This document shows positions 28,996 to 38,948 of a stretch of DNA of 64,000 nucleotides, one piece after another. The position numbers and the translations under genes were made by a program. A model generated the notes under the pieces. That model was given only the letters and a program-made list of their open reading frames with translations, had not been told where the DNA came from and searched no databases. The stretch is taken from contig CBDBCY010000004.1 in assembly GCA_965203555.1 (NCBI GenBank), forward strand, positions 2,240,001 to 2,304,000, in the 5' to 3' direction. Position 1 is the stretch's first letter; each line of letters starts with the position of its first letter. This DNA comes from Acidimicrobiia bacterium. Lineage in GTDB: Bacteria; Actinomycetota; Acidimicrobiia; Spongiisociales; ZC4RG35.

Positions 28996-29796
28996 ATGGG
29001 TATAGAACTCCAGGATCTGGGTAAGGTTTTCCAAACCACCGATCTCACAGTGGAGGCTCTGCGGGACATCTCTGTAACGGTCTCCGACAGCGAATTCGTA
29101 AGCATCATCGGACCTAGCGGATGTGGTAAGAGCACCTTGTTGCGCTTGGTCTCAGGTCTGATTCCGCCGACCCAAGGTACGGTGTCCATTGATGGTGTTC
29201 CGGTTCAGGGTCCCGCGGGAAACATCGGTTTCGTCTTCCAGGCCCCCACCTTGCTGAAGTGGCGCACCGTGTTCAAGAACGTGATGTTCCCCTACGAGGT
29301 GCTGGCTTCCCAGAAGCGAGCGATCATGTCTCGCCAGGAGTACGAGAACCGGGCCGAACTGTTGCTGAAAATGGTCGGGATCGAGGACTTCCGCGACGCC
29401 TATCCCAAGCAACTCTCCGGCGGGATGCAGCAGCGGGTGTCCATTTGCCGGGCGCTTCTCCATGACCCGACCCTCCTTTTGATGGATGAACCGTTCGGCG
29501 CATTGGACGAGTTCACGCGGGAGCGTATGAACGAAGAGTTGATGCGTATCTGGAGGGAGACCCAGAAGACCGTGCTGTTCGTGACCCACCACATTCCGGA
29601 GGCGGTGTTTCTATCGGATCGGATCCTGGTGCTTTCGGCCCGCCCTGGCACCATTCTTGGAGAGATTGTTGTGGATCTTCCCCGCCCACGCATCGCTGAG
29701 ATGCGCGACAGCGTTGCATTCCTGGAGCAGGTGGTGATCACCCGCCGGATGATCGGCACAGCCGATGGAGGTGAGAACTCCAAGGGGTCCTTGTGA
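28996..29796 (+). CDS. ABC transporter ATP-binding protein (SsuB/TauB type)
   Basis: GPSGCGKST, LSGGMQQR, LLMDEPFGALD, FVTH. Confidence 0.95.
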   Translation: MGIELQDLGKVFQTTDLTVEALRDISVTVSDSEFVSIIGPSGCGKSTLLRLVSGLIPPTQGTVSIDGVPVQGPAGNIGFVFQAPTLLKWRTVFKNVMFPYEVLASQKRAIMSRQEYENRAELLLKMVGIEDFRDAYPKQLSGGMQQRVSICRALLHDPTLLLMDEPFGALDEFTRERMNEELMRIWRETQKTVLFVTHHIPEAVFLSDRILVLSARPGTILGEIVVDLPRPRIAEMRDSVAFLEQVVITRRMIGTADGGENSKGSL

Positions 29797-30599
29797 GTTC
29801 CCGAGTGAGCGAGACGGCTGCCGAAGCGGTAGCCCCTGTTCTGGGCAGCAAGACGGGGCGTATCCGTCGGTTCCTCGATCCCATTGTCTTTGCCCTTTTC
29901 TTCATAGCAGCTTGGCAGGCATTCATCTGGATCACCGGGTTCCATTCGGTTGTACTGCCGCCGCCTTCGAAAGTATGGGGGGTGCTATGGAACCAGGGAG
30001 ATTTCTTGGTTGGCAACATGCTCACCACCGCGGTAACCATCGGCTGGGGGTTCTTTCTGGGAGGGGTGATGGGGTTCGTGTCCGGGGTGCTGATCAACCA
30101 CTTTGAAGGGGTGAAAAGAGCGATCCACCCCATCCTGGTGTCCCTTTATGTGATCCCCAAGGCGGTGTTCATACCGCTTTTCATCCTTTGGTGGGGGGTG
30201 GGGTTCGAATACAAACTGGTGGTCACGGTCCTTCTTGCATTCTTCCCGGTGACCGAGAACACTATCACCGGACTGAACGGCGTGGAACTTGAAATGGTGG
30301 AACTCACCCGGTCACTGCGGGGTAGCAGGTGGTTTGGATTCCGGAAAGTCTCATTGCCGTTCGCCCTGCCTTTTGTGCTGGCCGGGCTGCGCATTGCGCT
30401 CACCGAGTCGTTCATCGGGGGAGTGCTGAGTGAGATACTGGTTCCGGGTAGCACTGGCATCGGTTCCCGGATCGTGGAGGCGGCTGCGTTTTCCAACACC
30501 GAGTTCATTATCGCCTCCATCATGGTGATCGCCGCCTTCGGGGTTGTCAGCTACTTTTCGTTTCTCTGGCTGGAGCGGAGGTTGACGTTTTGGGTGTAG
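29793..30599 (+). CDS. ABC transporter permease (SsuC/TauC type)
   Basis: VLPPPSKV, IPKAVFIPLF, EAA-like loop, ALPFVLAGLRIA. Confidence 0.92.
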   Translation: MSSRVSETAAEAVAPVLGSKTGRIRRFLDPIVFALFFIAAWQAFIWITGFHSVVLPPPSKVWGVLWNQGDFLVGNMLTTAVTIGWGFFLGGVMGFVSGVLINHFEGVKRAIHPILVSLYVIPKAVFIPLFILWWGVGFEYKLVVTVLLAFFPVTENTITGLNGVELEMVELTRSLRGSRWFGFRKVSLPFALPFVLAGLRIALTESFIGGVLSEILVPGSTGIGSRIVEAAAFSNTEFIIASIMVIAAFGVVSYFSFLWLERRLTFWV

Positions 30600-31405
30600 A
30601 AAACAACCTCGCCCCTGGCCGGTCGGCCTGGCGATTGGAGAGGGCCGGTCGGCGCCTCCTGTATCACTGGCCGTTGCTGGCGGTGCTGGTAGGGATCGTC
30701 GTTTTCTGGATCGTGATGATCGAATGGCGGGATTTCCATCCGATCGTGCTGCCCCCACCCGAATCGGTTGTTGAAGCGCTGATCGAGAACCGGGTCGAGT
30801 ACGTGGAGGCGGGGTTCGTCACTTTCTATGAGATGATTCTTGGTTTCATGGCCGGCGGAGCACTGGGGTTCTTCTCAGCGATCGGGATCTTTTATTCACC
30901 CTTCTTGCGGCGCTCCCTCTATCCGTTGTTGTTGGGGTTCCGAATCGTTCCCAAAGTGGCTTTCGTCCCGCTGTTCCTGGTCTGGTTCGGTATCGGTGTG
31001 GGCGTGAAGGTGGCCCTGGCCAGCTTCGCGATCTTCTTTCTCATCCTTATCCAGACCGGTCTGGGCCTGGCTGGCGTGGATCCGGCGCTGGTCGAGCTGG
31101 GCCGGTCGCTTAGGATGAGCGAGTTTGCCCTGTTGCGTCGGATCCGTTTACCGGCTGCCCTTCCTGCCATCATGGTGGGGGTGAAGCTGGGGATTACCTA
31201 CGCTCTCACCAACGTCGTGGTAGCCGAAATGGTGGTGGCTACCGAGGGACTGGGTTTTCTGGTGGTGGAGGCCCGGTCCTTTATCAAGACCCACGAGATG
31301 ATTGCCGCCATCTTCGTGGTTGCCTTTATCGGCCTCATAGTGTTCGCCGCTGGTTTGTGGGTGGAGCGCAAGACGGTCTTCTGGTACATGGAGGCTGACC
31401 AGTAG
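30590..31405 (+). CDS. ABC transporter permease (SsuC/TauC type), second subunit
   Basis: VLPPPESV, VPKVAFVPLF, ALPAIMVGVK, EGLG. Confidence 0.92.
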   Translation: MGVENNLAPGRSAWRLERAGRRLLYHWPLLAVLVGIVVFWIVMIEWRDFHPIVLPPPESVVEALIENRVEYVEAGFVTFYEMILGFMAGGALGFFSAIGIFYSPFLRRSLYPLLLGFRIVPKVAFVPLFLVWFGIGVGVKVALASFAIFFLILIQTGLGLAGVDPALVELGRSLRMSEFALLRRIRLPAALPAIMVGVKLGITYALTNVVVAEMVVATEGLGFLVVEARSFIKTHEMIAAIFVVAFIGLIVFAAGLWVERKTVFWYMEADQ

Positions 31406-31431
31406 GTAGAGGACCGCGTGGGCGGGCCGGT

Positions 31432-32568
31432 TTAGGACCGGGGTAGGGCCTTGATCGCCAAGGAGAGGGGCGCGGGACGGGTACAGGTGCTTTCCACGTC
31501 AACATGGGCGCCGGATTCCGCTGCCTCCGCAATGGACAGGGCGATGTCCAGCACATGGTAGGCGACTTCGGCTGCTACCCGATGGGGACGGTCGTCGATG
31601 ATCCCTCGGGCGAGGTCCTCTACCCCGATACCTCGCAGTCCGGGGATGGGCTCTGAGGACCGGAAAGTCGTCCAAGGCACGTTGCGTTCCAGATCGAGCA
31701 TGGCCTTCTCCTCCTCGCCGTACTGCCTTATTTGGGGGGTTCCCGACCACAGATCGGGATCGGTCGTGCTGAGGGTGCCCTTGGTCCCGTACACCTCTAT
31801 GAAAGGCAGCCGGGTGGCCTGGACGTCGAACGTGGCGAGTAGGGGTCCGCTGATGCCGGACTCGAACTCGAGGATCGAAGTGATGTAGGTGGGAGTTTCC
31901 ACTTTGATCCGGGCGCCGTACTGCTCCGGCGAGGTAATCATCCGCTCCCCGAAGGTGATCCGGGAAATGGCTGCCACCCTGGCCATGGGACCGAGAAGAT
32001 TGATGAGGGCGGTCAGGTAATAGGGACCCACATCCAGCATCGGGCCCCCCGCCGGTCCATAGAAGAACGCCGGGCTTGGGTGAAAATGCTCCACTCCGTT
32101 GGACAAGAAGAAAGTGCCCATCCCCACCGGGGACCCGATCCAGCCGTCGTCGAGCAGTTTGCGGGAAGTCTGGAGGCCGCTGCCCAGGAAGGTGTCCGGG
32201 GCGCATGCCAGCCTGACGTCATTGTGGGCAGCCAAGTCGAGAAGATGCCTCGCCTGTTCCCGAGTCGGCGCCAGGGGCTTCTCCGAGAACACATGCTTTC
32301 CCGCTTCCAGAGCAGTCTGGGAGATTCCATAGTGCACTAGGGGTGGGGTGATATTGAGAACGATTTCGACCAGTGGGTCGCTCAGCAATTCTTCCAAGGT
32401 CCGATAAATCCGCGGGACACCGAAAGCCGCTGCCCGTTGGCGGGATTGGTTCTGGTCGACGTCGAAGCATCCCACCACCTCGATGGACGGCAGTGTCTTG
32501 AATCCCTCCAGGTACTGGAGGCTGACATGGCCGCAGCCCACGATCCCAACCCCGACCCTGCGAATCAT
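31432..32568 (-). CDS. Gfo/Idh/MocA family NAD(P)-dependent oxidoreductase
   Basis: GIVGCG, AGKHVFSEKP, APDTFLG, GGPMLDVGPYY. Start at 32568 overlaps the upstream stop (ATGA). Confidence 0.9.
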   Translation of the reverse strand: MIRRVGVGIVGCGHVSLQYLEGFKTLPSIEVVGCFDVDQNQSRQRAAAFGVPRIYRTLEELLSDPLVEIVLNITPPLVHYGISQTALEAGKHVFSEKPLAPTREQARHLLDLAAHNDVRLACAPDTFLGSGLQTSRKLLDDGWIGSPVGMGTFFLSNGVEHFHPSPAFFYGPAGGPMLDVGPYYLTALINLLGPMARVAAISRITFGERMITSPEQYGARIKVETPTYITSILEFESGISGPLLATFDVQATRLPFIEVYGTKGTLSTTDPDLWSGTPQIRQYGEEEKAMLDLERNVPWTTFRSSEPIPGLRGIGVEDLARGIIDDRPHRVAAEVAYHVLDIALSIAEAAESGAHVDVESTCTRPAPLSLAIKALPRS

Positions 32569-34784
32569 CGACGGATCCCCTTTGCCCGGGCCAAGAAGTT
32601 GTCGAGGACATTGCGGGTGACCTTTGCCACATTGCTGTTGCCGTCCTGGGTGGCGAGGAACGGGATCCAGTTCATCGAACCAACGGAGAAGACGCATCCG
32701 CCCTTGGGCCGTTCGATCAGCACCATGTCGGCCCGCACATCCGGGTCTCGGGCCGAGCCGAAGAAGTTATTCGTTTGCATGATGTCCTCGATGGCGCGCT
32801 GGAACTGTCCGTGGCGGCCTGAAGAAGTGGCCAGCAATTTAGTCTGGATCGGGGTACCCAATGCATAGTCCATTCGGTCAATTTCATCGCCTGCCGCTCC
32901 CATCAATGCCCCGCCGAGTCCGCTGTCGAACCCACCGATTATCTCATCCTTCCCTATCCCTTCGAAGACGAAGGCGACGTTGTTGTCGAACGAGTCGGGA
33001 CATCGCCGATAGCCGGCGGAGGTGCCCCAACCCATGGCGGTGAATCCCACGCCCACCAGCCTTTGCGGAGCCGTGCCCCGGTGCCGCCAGAGTCCTCCGA
33101 CTCTGTCCTCGAAACTGAGCCATTCCTCCCCCACCTCCGACGTCCAGTCCCGTGATCCGGCAAAGCCGCGTCGCATTTCGATGACCCCCGGCATATCGGG
33201 ATGGGTGGCGGTTACCCAGAAGAGACCGTTTCCTCCCAGGTACATCAGGCGCCCCCCGCACTCCAGCCAGTCTTCCACTGCTGCCATCCAATTGGGAGAT
33301 ACGTATTCAGGGTGACTTCCGGTGATCACCACCGAGTAGGAGGAGAGTAGATCGACTCCGTATGTATCCAGGTCCTCATCGGTAATCACATCGAATCGGT
33401 GGCCCTCGGATCGCAGCCACCGGAGAAGAGTGATGTCGGTGGAGAAGTGGCGAGGACCTCTGGTCCCCCACCAGTGGTATTCCGATGCGAAGGTTACGAT
33501 GGGGCGGTTGCGGGTGGCGTAGCAGATGCCACTGGCATCAGCGTGCAGGTTGTAGACCGAGGCGCCCAGATCAGGGCGTTCGGCCAGAAAGCTGTCGAAG
33601 GGATTCGACTCGTCGTAGGGGTGCATACCCACATCGGCGTGTGCTTCCTCGATGGCCACCGAGTCGGGATTGGGGTCCGGCCGGAGGTTCCCGTAGGCCA
33701 GATATGTGAAGGTGGGCATCAATACGGCTATATCAGGCTTGTCAGTTCTGCTGTGGACAAAGAACGGCAGTTCTGCCGAAGTCCCCCTGCTTTCGATCTG
33801 CATGGCATAGGCGCCGGGTTCCAGGTCCCGGGGAAGAGCGACGACCGCCGATACGTCCCAGTTCTTATCACCCACGTCATCACTATGGAAGTGGATGGCG
33901 TTTCGATGCACCGCCTGCTCCGTTAGTGACTGACGCCAGCTCCAGGAGTGGCCTTTCATCCGCAGGGCGGGAAGGTTGACGGTCCGACCGTGGCGATCCC
34001 CCGGACCGCGGTCGGGTACCCGGGTGGTGGCCTGCATCCGGGCGAAATCCCAGCATCCGATCACAGCAGCGCCTGGGACGTTGGCATGGCGTCCGCCCTC
34101 GTCCGGGGATCCTTCCACCCAGGACCGGTAGATAGCAGGCTGTTCGATCTTGCCGTCGTAGCAGCGGTCTACGGAAAAAGTACCGGCCGTGTCCTGGCCT
34201 CCAACCGCAGCTATGGTGATAGGACCATCAATGACAAGCGGCGTATTCTCCGGGGCTTGGTGGACAACCGCGGTTTCTTCCGAAGACTGCCGGCCGAGTT
34301 CTTCGACCTCGATAGCCTGTCGCCCGGTGGCCGTGTCGAATCCGGCGAAGATCCGATACCAGATCCTTTCCGAAAGAGCTACTTCGGAAACGACTTTCCA
34401 TCGGCGCCGGGCCCAGGATAGGTTGAAACAGGGACGGCCGGCTACATCAAGCGCCAGGGTCACGCCCTCGTTGGTGTTTGAGTCCCGCCAGTTCACCAGT
34501 GTCTGCTCTTCGCCGCGCCGGGGAAGGGTGGGCCAAACCCAAAGCCGCACGCTCACCTGTGTCAGGTGTTCAGGACCGGCGGCGGGGACGAAAACCATGG
34601 ATCCGACGGGTGACGGCGGCTGGCTTCCCGGGATCTGATCCTGACCGATTGACGGTACTCCTTCTCCTGGTGAATCGAGGGATATCAGATTGAAGGAGAA
34701 CGGATGAGCCTCGGTGTCGAGATGCATGCGAACCTCGTCACCGGGCATGTAGGACCATTGGTCAAGATACCCGCAAACCGCCAC
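32565..34784 (-). CDS. N,N-dimethylformamidase large (beta) subunit family protein with LamG-like domain
   Basis: GYLDQWSY, AIHFHSDD, PTFTYLAYGN, SVYNLHAD, GSHPEY, LMYLGGNG, GGLWR, VGVGF, AAGDEID, VRADMV, TRNVL. Confidence 0.88.
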   Translation of the reverse strand: MAVCGYLDQWSYMPGDEVRMHLDTEAHPFSFNLISLDSPGEGVPSIGQDQIPGSQPPSPVGSMVFVPAAGPEHLTQVSVRLWVWPTLPRRGEEQTLVNWRDSNTNEGVTLALDVAGRPCFNLSWARRRWKVVSEVALSERIWYRIFAGFDTATGRQAIEVEELGRQSSEETAVVHQAPENTPLVIDGPITIAAVGGQDTAGTFSVDRCYDGKIEQPAIYRSWVEGSPDEGGRHANVPGAAVIGCWDFARMQATTRVPDRGPGDRHGRTVNLPALRMKGHSWSWRQSLTEQAVHRNAIHFHSDDVGDKNWDVSAVVALPRDLEPGAYAMQIESRGTSAELPFFVHSRTDKPDIAVLMPTFTYLAYGNLRPDPNPDSVAIEEAHADVGMHPYDESNPFDSFLAERPDLGASVYNLHADASGICYATRNRPIVTFASEYHWWGTRGPRHFSTDITLLRWLRSEGHRFDVITDEDLDTYGVDLLSSYSVVITGSHPEYVSPNWMAAVEDWLECGGRLMYLGGNGLFWVTATHPDMPGVIEMRRGFAGSRDWTSEVGEEWLSFEDRVGGLWRHRGTAPQRLVGVGFTAMGWGTSAGYRRCPDSFDNNVAFVFEGIGKDEIIGGFDSGLGGALMGAAGDEIDRMDYALGTPIQTKLLATSSGRHGQFQRAIEDIMQTNNFFGSARDPDVRADMVLIERPKGGCVFSVGSMNWIPFLATQDGNSNVAKVTRNVLDNFLARAKGIRR

Positions 34785-34845
34785 GGTCTTCTCTCCTTTC
34801 AGATCTGGTTCAACCGGCGGGCAAAGTGTTTACTTCCGGTCAGAA

Positions 34846-35856
34846 TCAGGGGCCACTGGGGTTGGCGCCTCCGCCTTCCTCCTCCTCTTCCAAGGCTTCC
34901 GCCAGCGCCGATCGGGTTACGGCTCTCTCCCTCCTTTCTTCGGAGAATTGGTTGAGGGCCACGGCGCCGATCAGGAGGGCGCCTATCACGACATTGGTCC
35001 ACGTCACTTCGAATCCGATGGCTATCAGGCCTGATCGGATCGAGCCGATCAGGAATACGGCCAACAGGACCCCCCCAATGGGCGCCACCCCCCCGGTGAA
35101 CAGCACACCACCCAACAGGACAGCTGTCAACACCTGCAATTCATAACCGATGCCGGCGGTGGGAGCGGCGGTCCCGAATCGGCTGGCGCTCAACGTGGAG
35201 GCCAGGCCCACCAGGATGCCGTTGACGATGAACACGCCGATCACATACTTTCGGATCGGAATTCCCACTGACGCGGCCGCCCTGACGTTGGAGCCCACTG
35301 CCAGCAAACGACGGCCGATGTCAATCCGGTTTGCAAAGGCGAAGGCCAGCAAAGCCAGACCGATGAAAATCAGGACGTTGACCGGAATGGCGAAGAACTG
35401 ACCCCGACCCACCGTCCGGAATTCCTGTGGAACCCCTGCCACCGTTCTGCCTCTGGTGATCAGTATGACCACCCCGGCATACAGAGTCAGGGCGCCCAGG
35501 GTCACGACGATGGGAGACACCGCCAAACGGTGGACCATCACACCATTGATCCCGCCCAGGACGGCCCCCATCAGTGGTCCCAGCAAGAGCGCCAACGGCC
35601 AAGGCACACCGGCGGCGGCCGCCATGGATGCCACCACCCCGCATAGGGAAAACATCGAGCCGATCGAGATATCGATATTGCCCGAGGCCACCACGAAGGC
35701 GGATCCCAACGCTCCGATGCCCAATGACACCAATTGAATTGCTAGCACCCGGATGTTGGAAGGGGTTAGATAGTGGCTGGCCTGTAACTGCACGACGGTG
35801 ACCACAATGATCAACCCCAGCGCGAGCGCGCTACTCCGACCTACCCTGGTAGGCAC
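34846..35856 (-). CDS. Sugar ABC transporter permease (RbsC type)
   Basis: IDISIGS, IVVTLG, GRRLLAVGSN, GYELQVLTAVLLGG. Confidence 0.92.
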   Translation of the reverse strand: MPTRVGRSSALALGLIIVVTVVQLQASHYLTPSNIRVLAIQLVSLGIGALGSAFVVASGNIDISIGSMFSLCGVVASMAAAAGVPWPLALLLGPLMGAVLGGINGVMVHRLAVSPIVVTLGALTLYAGVVILITRGRTVAGVPQEFRTVGRGQFFAIPVNVLIFIGLALLAFAFANRIDIGRRLLAVGSNVRAAASVGIPIRKYVIGVFIVNGILVGLASTLSASRFGTAAPTAGIGYELQVLTAVLLGGVLFTGGVAPIGGVLLAVFLIGSIRSGLIAIGFEVTWTNVVIGALLIGAVALNQFSEERRERAVTRSALAEALEEEEEGGGANPSGP

Positions 35857-35863
35857 AGTTCCC

Positions 35864-36631
35864 TCATTCTTTATGACCCATCATGGCGGCCAGAAGTTTA
35901 TCTCTGCGAATGGCGCTGGCCGGTTCATCGAGCGTGATCCTTCCCTGGAACATGGTTACCAGGCGATCACTGACGTTGAGAACGTGATCGAGGTTGTGGG
36001 AGATGATCACCACCCCGATCCCGCGTTCGACCATCCGCCTGATGCTCTTCAGAATGGTGTTCGCCTGACGGATTCCCAGTGCCGCGGTCGGTTCGTCCAT
36101 CAGCACCAGGCGGGGGTCTCCCCGCAGAGACCGGGCAATGGCAATGGCCTGCCGCTGCCCGCCGGAAAGCCGTTCGACCTTGGTTGCGCTGTGCGGTACG
36201 GATGCGCCCATACTTGCCAAGAGGTCCTTGGTTTCATTGCGGATCCGGCGACGATCCATCCAACCGATCGGCCCGAAACGCCACTTGGGTGTTTCGGCGT
36301 TTAGGAAGACGTTGCCAGGGACATCCAGTTCATCGCACAGATCCAGGTTCTGGGCGACCGTGGCGATTCCGACTCGGCGAGCATTACGAACCGACCACTC
36401 TTTCACTCGGTCGCCATGCACGCGGATCTCACCGATGTCGGGCGCCAACTCTCCGTTCATGACCCGCAGCAGCGTGGTCTTTCCCGCTCCGTTGTCTCCT
36501 ACCAGCCCTAAGCATTCGCCGGCTCTCAACGAGAGGCTCACCCCGTGGAGTGCCCGTACTCGCTCGTAGAATTTTGATATACCGGAGACACTGATGATGG
36601 TGGACCCGCTGTCTGCCGAATCCACCATCAT
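35864..36631 (-). CDS. Sugar ABC transporter single-domain ATPase
   Basis: GDNGAGKTT, LSGGQRQ, MDEPTAALG, ISHN. Confidence 0.93.
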   Translation of the reverse strand: MMVDSADSGSTIISVSGISKFYERVRALHGVSLSLRAGECLGLVGDNGAGKTTLLRVMNGELAPDIGEIRVHGDRVKEWSVRNARRVGIATVAQNLDLCDELDVPGNVFLNAETPKWRFGPIGWMDRRRIRNETKDLLASMGASVPHSATKVERLSGGQRQAIAIARSLRGDPRLVLMDEPTAALGIRQANTILKSIRRMVERGIGVVIISHNLDHVLNVSDRLVTMFQGRITLDEPASAIRRDKLLAAMMGHKE

Positions 36632-36659
36632 CGTAAGCTATCCAGTCCTTTCGGGTTCT

Positions 36660-38753
36660 CTAATTACTCGGGGTGGTTTGGGGTTCGTCCCGGTATTCGA
36701 TCACACTGTCGATCAGATCCTCAACATACTGGGGGTACTCGCCGGAACTGTCCAGATCCTGGAGCAGCTGTTGGATGTCTGCCAGGTTGTTGGGGTCCAC
36801 CACTTGGCCGAGCATGTACACGGTGGGTGGTCTGGTCTCGCCTCTGGCGCAAGCTAGGGCATCCCGGAACATCTGGATCGAGGCCAGGTTGTTCTTGGAG
36901 TACATGTAAGCAGCCTGCAGTGGGGTGTCGCCTCGGGCCAGCACCTCGAGGCCGGCTTCGGAGACGTTGGTCACCGCTAGGAACACCTGTTCGGGATCGT
37001 CCAGGCCCTGTTCCGCCAGGGCCGCCAGTCCGGCCACTCCCGAGTCGATCTCTGGAGCGAACCAGATCCGGGCGTCAGGGTTGGCGGCTGCCATGTTGGC
37101 GAAGGCGGCGGCAATCGCCTCAGGACCCATCGCCTGAGCCTCGGCCACCACCTCGGCGCCGGGGACGACACTCTTCACGCCGTCGACAAAGCCGTTGCTC
37201 CGGGCCAGGATTGGCGGGTTGTCAGGACGTGCGATCAAGGCGATCTTGGGCGAGTCGTAACCGCGGGCGGCTGCCCACTCGCCAGCGTGAACACCTACCC
37301 CGTAGCCGCCCTGGTAGTTGTCCTCGTTCCAGTTCTGCGCTCCGGTCAGAGGAGTCTGGGACTCGTTGAGCACGCAAACGCCTCTCGATGCCGCTTCCAC
37401 CTGGAAGTCGAGGAAGGGCTCAGGGTTGATGTACTCCATGATGATCGCGTCAACGCCCGATTCCAGTAGGGCATAGGCGTCATCGAGCATCTGTACCTCA
37501 TTGACTTCCTTGGTGGGGGCGCTGTCCACTATCACCAGTTCGGCGCCCTGCCGGTCCGCCTCATGCTGGAAGTAGCGATACTGCTCCACATAGAACGGAT
37601 GGGTTGCGATGAGCGCCGGCACCCCAACCACAATCGGATCCTCGGGCCCGGGGGTGGTTTGGGGTTCGTCCCGGTATTCGATCACACTGTCGATCAGATC
37701 CTCAACATACTGGGGGTACTCGCCGGAACTGTCCAGATCCTGGAGCAGCTGTTGGATGTCTGCCAGGTTGTTGGGGTCCACCACTTGGCCGAGCATGTAC
37801 ACGGTGGGTGGTCTGGTCTCGCCTCTGGCGCAAGCTAGGGCATCCCGGAACATCTGGATCGAGGCCAGGTTGTTCTTGGAGTACATGTAAGCAGCCTGCA
37901 GTGGGGTGTCGCCTCGGGCCAGCACCTCGAGGCCGGCTTCGGAGACGTTGGTCACCGCTAGGAACACCTGTTCGGGATCGTCCAGGCCCTGTTCCGCCAG
38001 GGCCGCCAGTCCGGCCACTCCCGAGTCGATCTCTGGAGCGAACCAGATCCGGGCGTCAGGGTTGGCGGCTGCCATGTTGGCGAAGGCGGCGGCAATCGCC
38101 TCAGGACCCATCGCCTGAGCCTCGGCCACCACCTCGGCGCCGGGGACGACACTCTTCACGCCGTCGACAAAGCCGTTGCTCCGGGCCAGGATTGGCGGGT
38201 TGTCAGGACGTGCGATCAAGGCGATCTTGGGCGAGTCGTAACCGCGGGCGGCTGCCCACTCGCCAGCGTGAACACCTACCCCGTAGCCGCCCTGGTAGTT
38301 GTCCTCGTTCCAGTTCTGCGCTCCGGTCAGAGGAGTCTGGGACTCGTTGAGCACGCAAACGCCTCTCGATGCCGCTTCCACCTGGAAGTCGAGGAAGGGC
38401 TCAGGGTTGATGTACTCCATGATGATCGCGTCAACGCCCGATTCCAGTAGGGCATAGGCGTCATCGAGCATCTGTACCTCATTGACTTCCTTGGTGGGGG
38501 CGCTGTCCACTATCACCAGTTCGGCGCCCTGCCGGTCCGCCTCATGCTGGAAGTAGCGATACTGCTCCACATAGAACGGATGGGTTGCGATGAGCGCCGG
38601 CACCCCAACCACAATCGGATCCTCGGGTGCGTCAGTAGGCGCTGGCGCAGCAACCGCAGTGGTGGTGGTGGCTTCCTCTGCCTCACCGCAGGCTGCGGCC
38701 ACCAACCCCAGGACTAGGAGTCCCGTCAACAGGATATTGGTACGTAATCTCAT
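36660..38753 (-). CDS. Sugar ABC substrate-binding lipoprotein with two identical periplasmic-binding domains
   Basis: Lipobox VAAAC, Thr/Ala/Pro linker, HPFY, DNYQGG and ARSNGF class I binding-protein motifs, all occurring twice. Confidence 0.88.
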   Translation of the reverse strand: MRLRTNILLTGLLVLGLVAAACGEAEEATTTTAVAAPAPTDAPEDPIVVGVPALIATHPFYVEQYRYFQHEADRQGAELVIVDSAPTKEVNEVQMLDDAYALLESGVDAIIMEYINPEPFLDFQVEAASRGVCVLNESQTPLTGAQNWNEDNYQGGYGVGVHAGEWAAARGYDSPKIALIARPDNPPILARSNGFVDGVKSVVPGAEVVAEAQAMGPEAIAAAFANMAAANPDARIWFAPEIDSGVAGLAALAEQGLDDPEQVFLAVTNVSEAGLEVLARGDTPLQAAYMYSKNNLASIQMFRDALACARGETRPPTVYMLGQVVDPNNLADIQQLLQDLDSSGEYPQYVEDLIDSVIEYRDEPQTTPGPEDPIVVGVPALIATHPFYVEQYRYFQHEADRQGAELVIVDSAPTKEVNEVQMLDDAYALLESGVDAIIMEYINPEPFLDFQVEAASRGVCVLNESQTPLTGAQNWNEDNYQGGYGVGVHAGEWAAARGYDSPKIALIARPDNPPILARSNGFVDGVKSVVPGAEVVAEAQAMGPEAIAAAFANMAAANPDARIWFAPEIDSGVAGLAALAEQGLDDPEQVFLAVTNVSEAGLEVLARGDTPLQAAYMYSKNNLASIQMFRDALACARGETRPPTVYMLGQVVDPNNLADIQQLLQDLDSSGEYPQYVEDLIDSVIEYRDEPQTTPSN
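36670..38627. repeat. Direct tandem duplication, 2 x 977 bp (36670-37646 and 37651-38627), period 981 bp
   Basis: Identical sequence wherever compared. Alternative-frame ORFs also repeat identically at +981 (36827/37808, 36925/37906, 37287/38268). Confidence 0.97.
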
Positions 38754-38948
38754 GGGCAATTCTCCATTCACTCGGCTCTTACAAGTTCGGCGCTTCGGAC
38801 TCCCGTTGAGCGGGAGGTTACATCACTAAAACTCCGGTGAGACTCTCAAACAGCCATTTGTTTGGTGATGGGTTTTGGCTTTCACAGGAGCATTTGACCC
38901 CATCGATCTAAGATAAGTTGTCTAATCATCGCATCTAGGTGGTGGCCT

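Noticed and set aside
36670-38627. Repeat as a mobile element or CRISPR array
   Set aside because: It has two long copies of coding sequence inside one ORF, with no spacers, terminal repeats or transposase.
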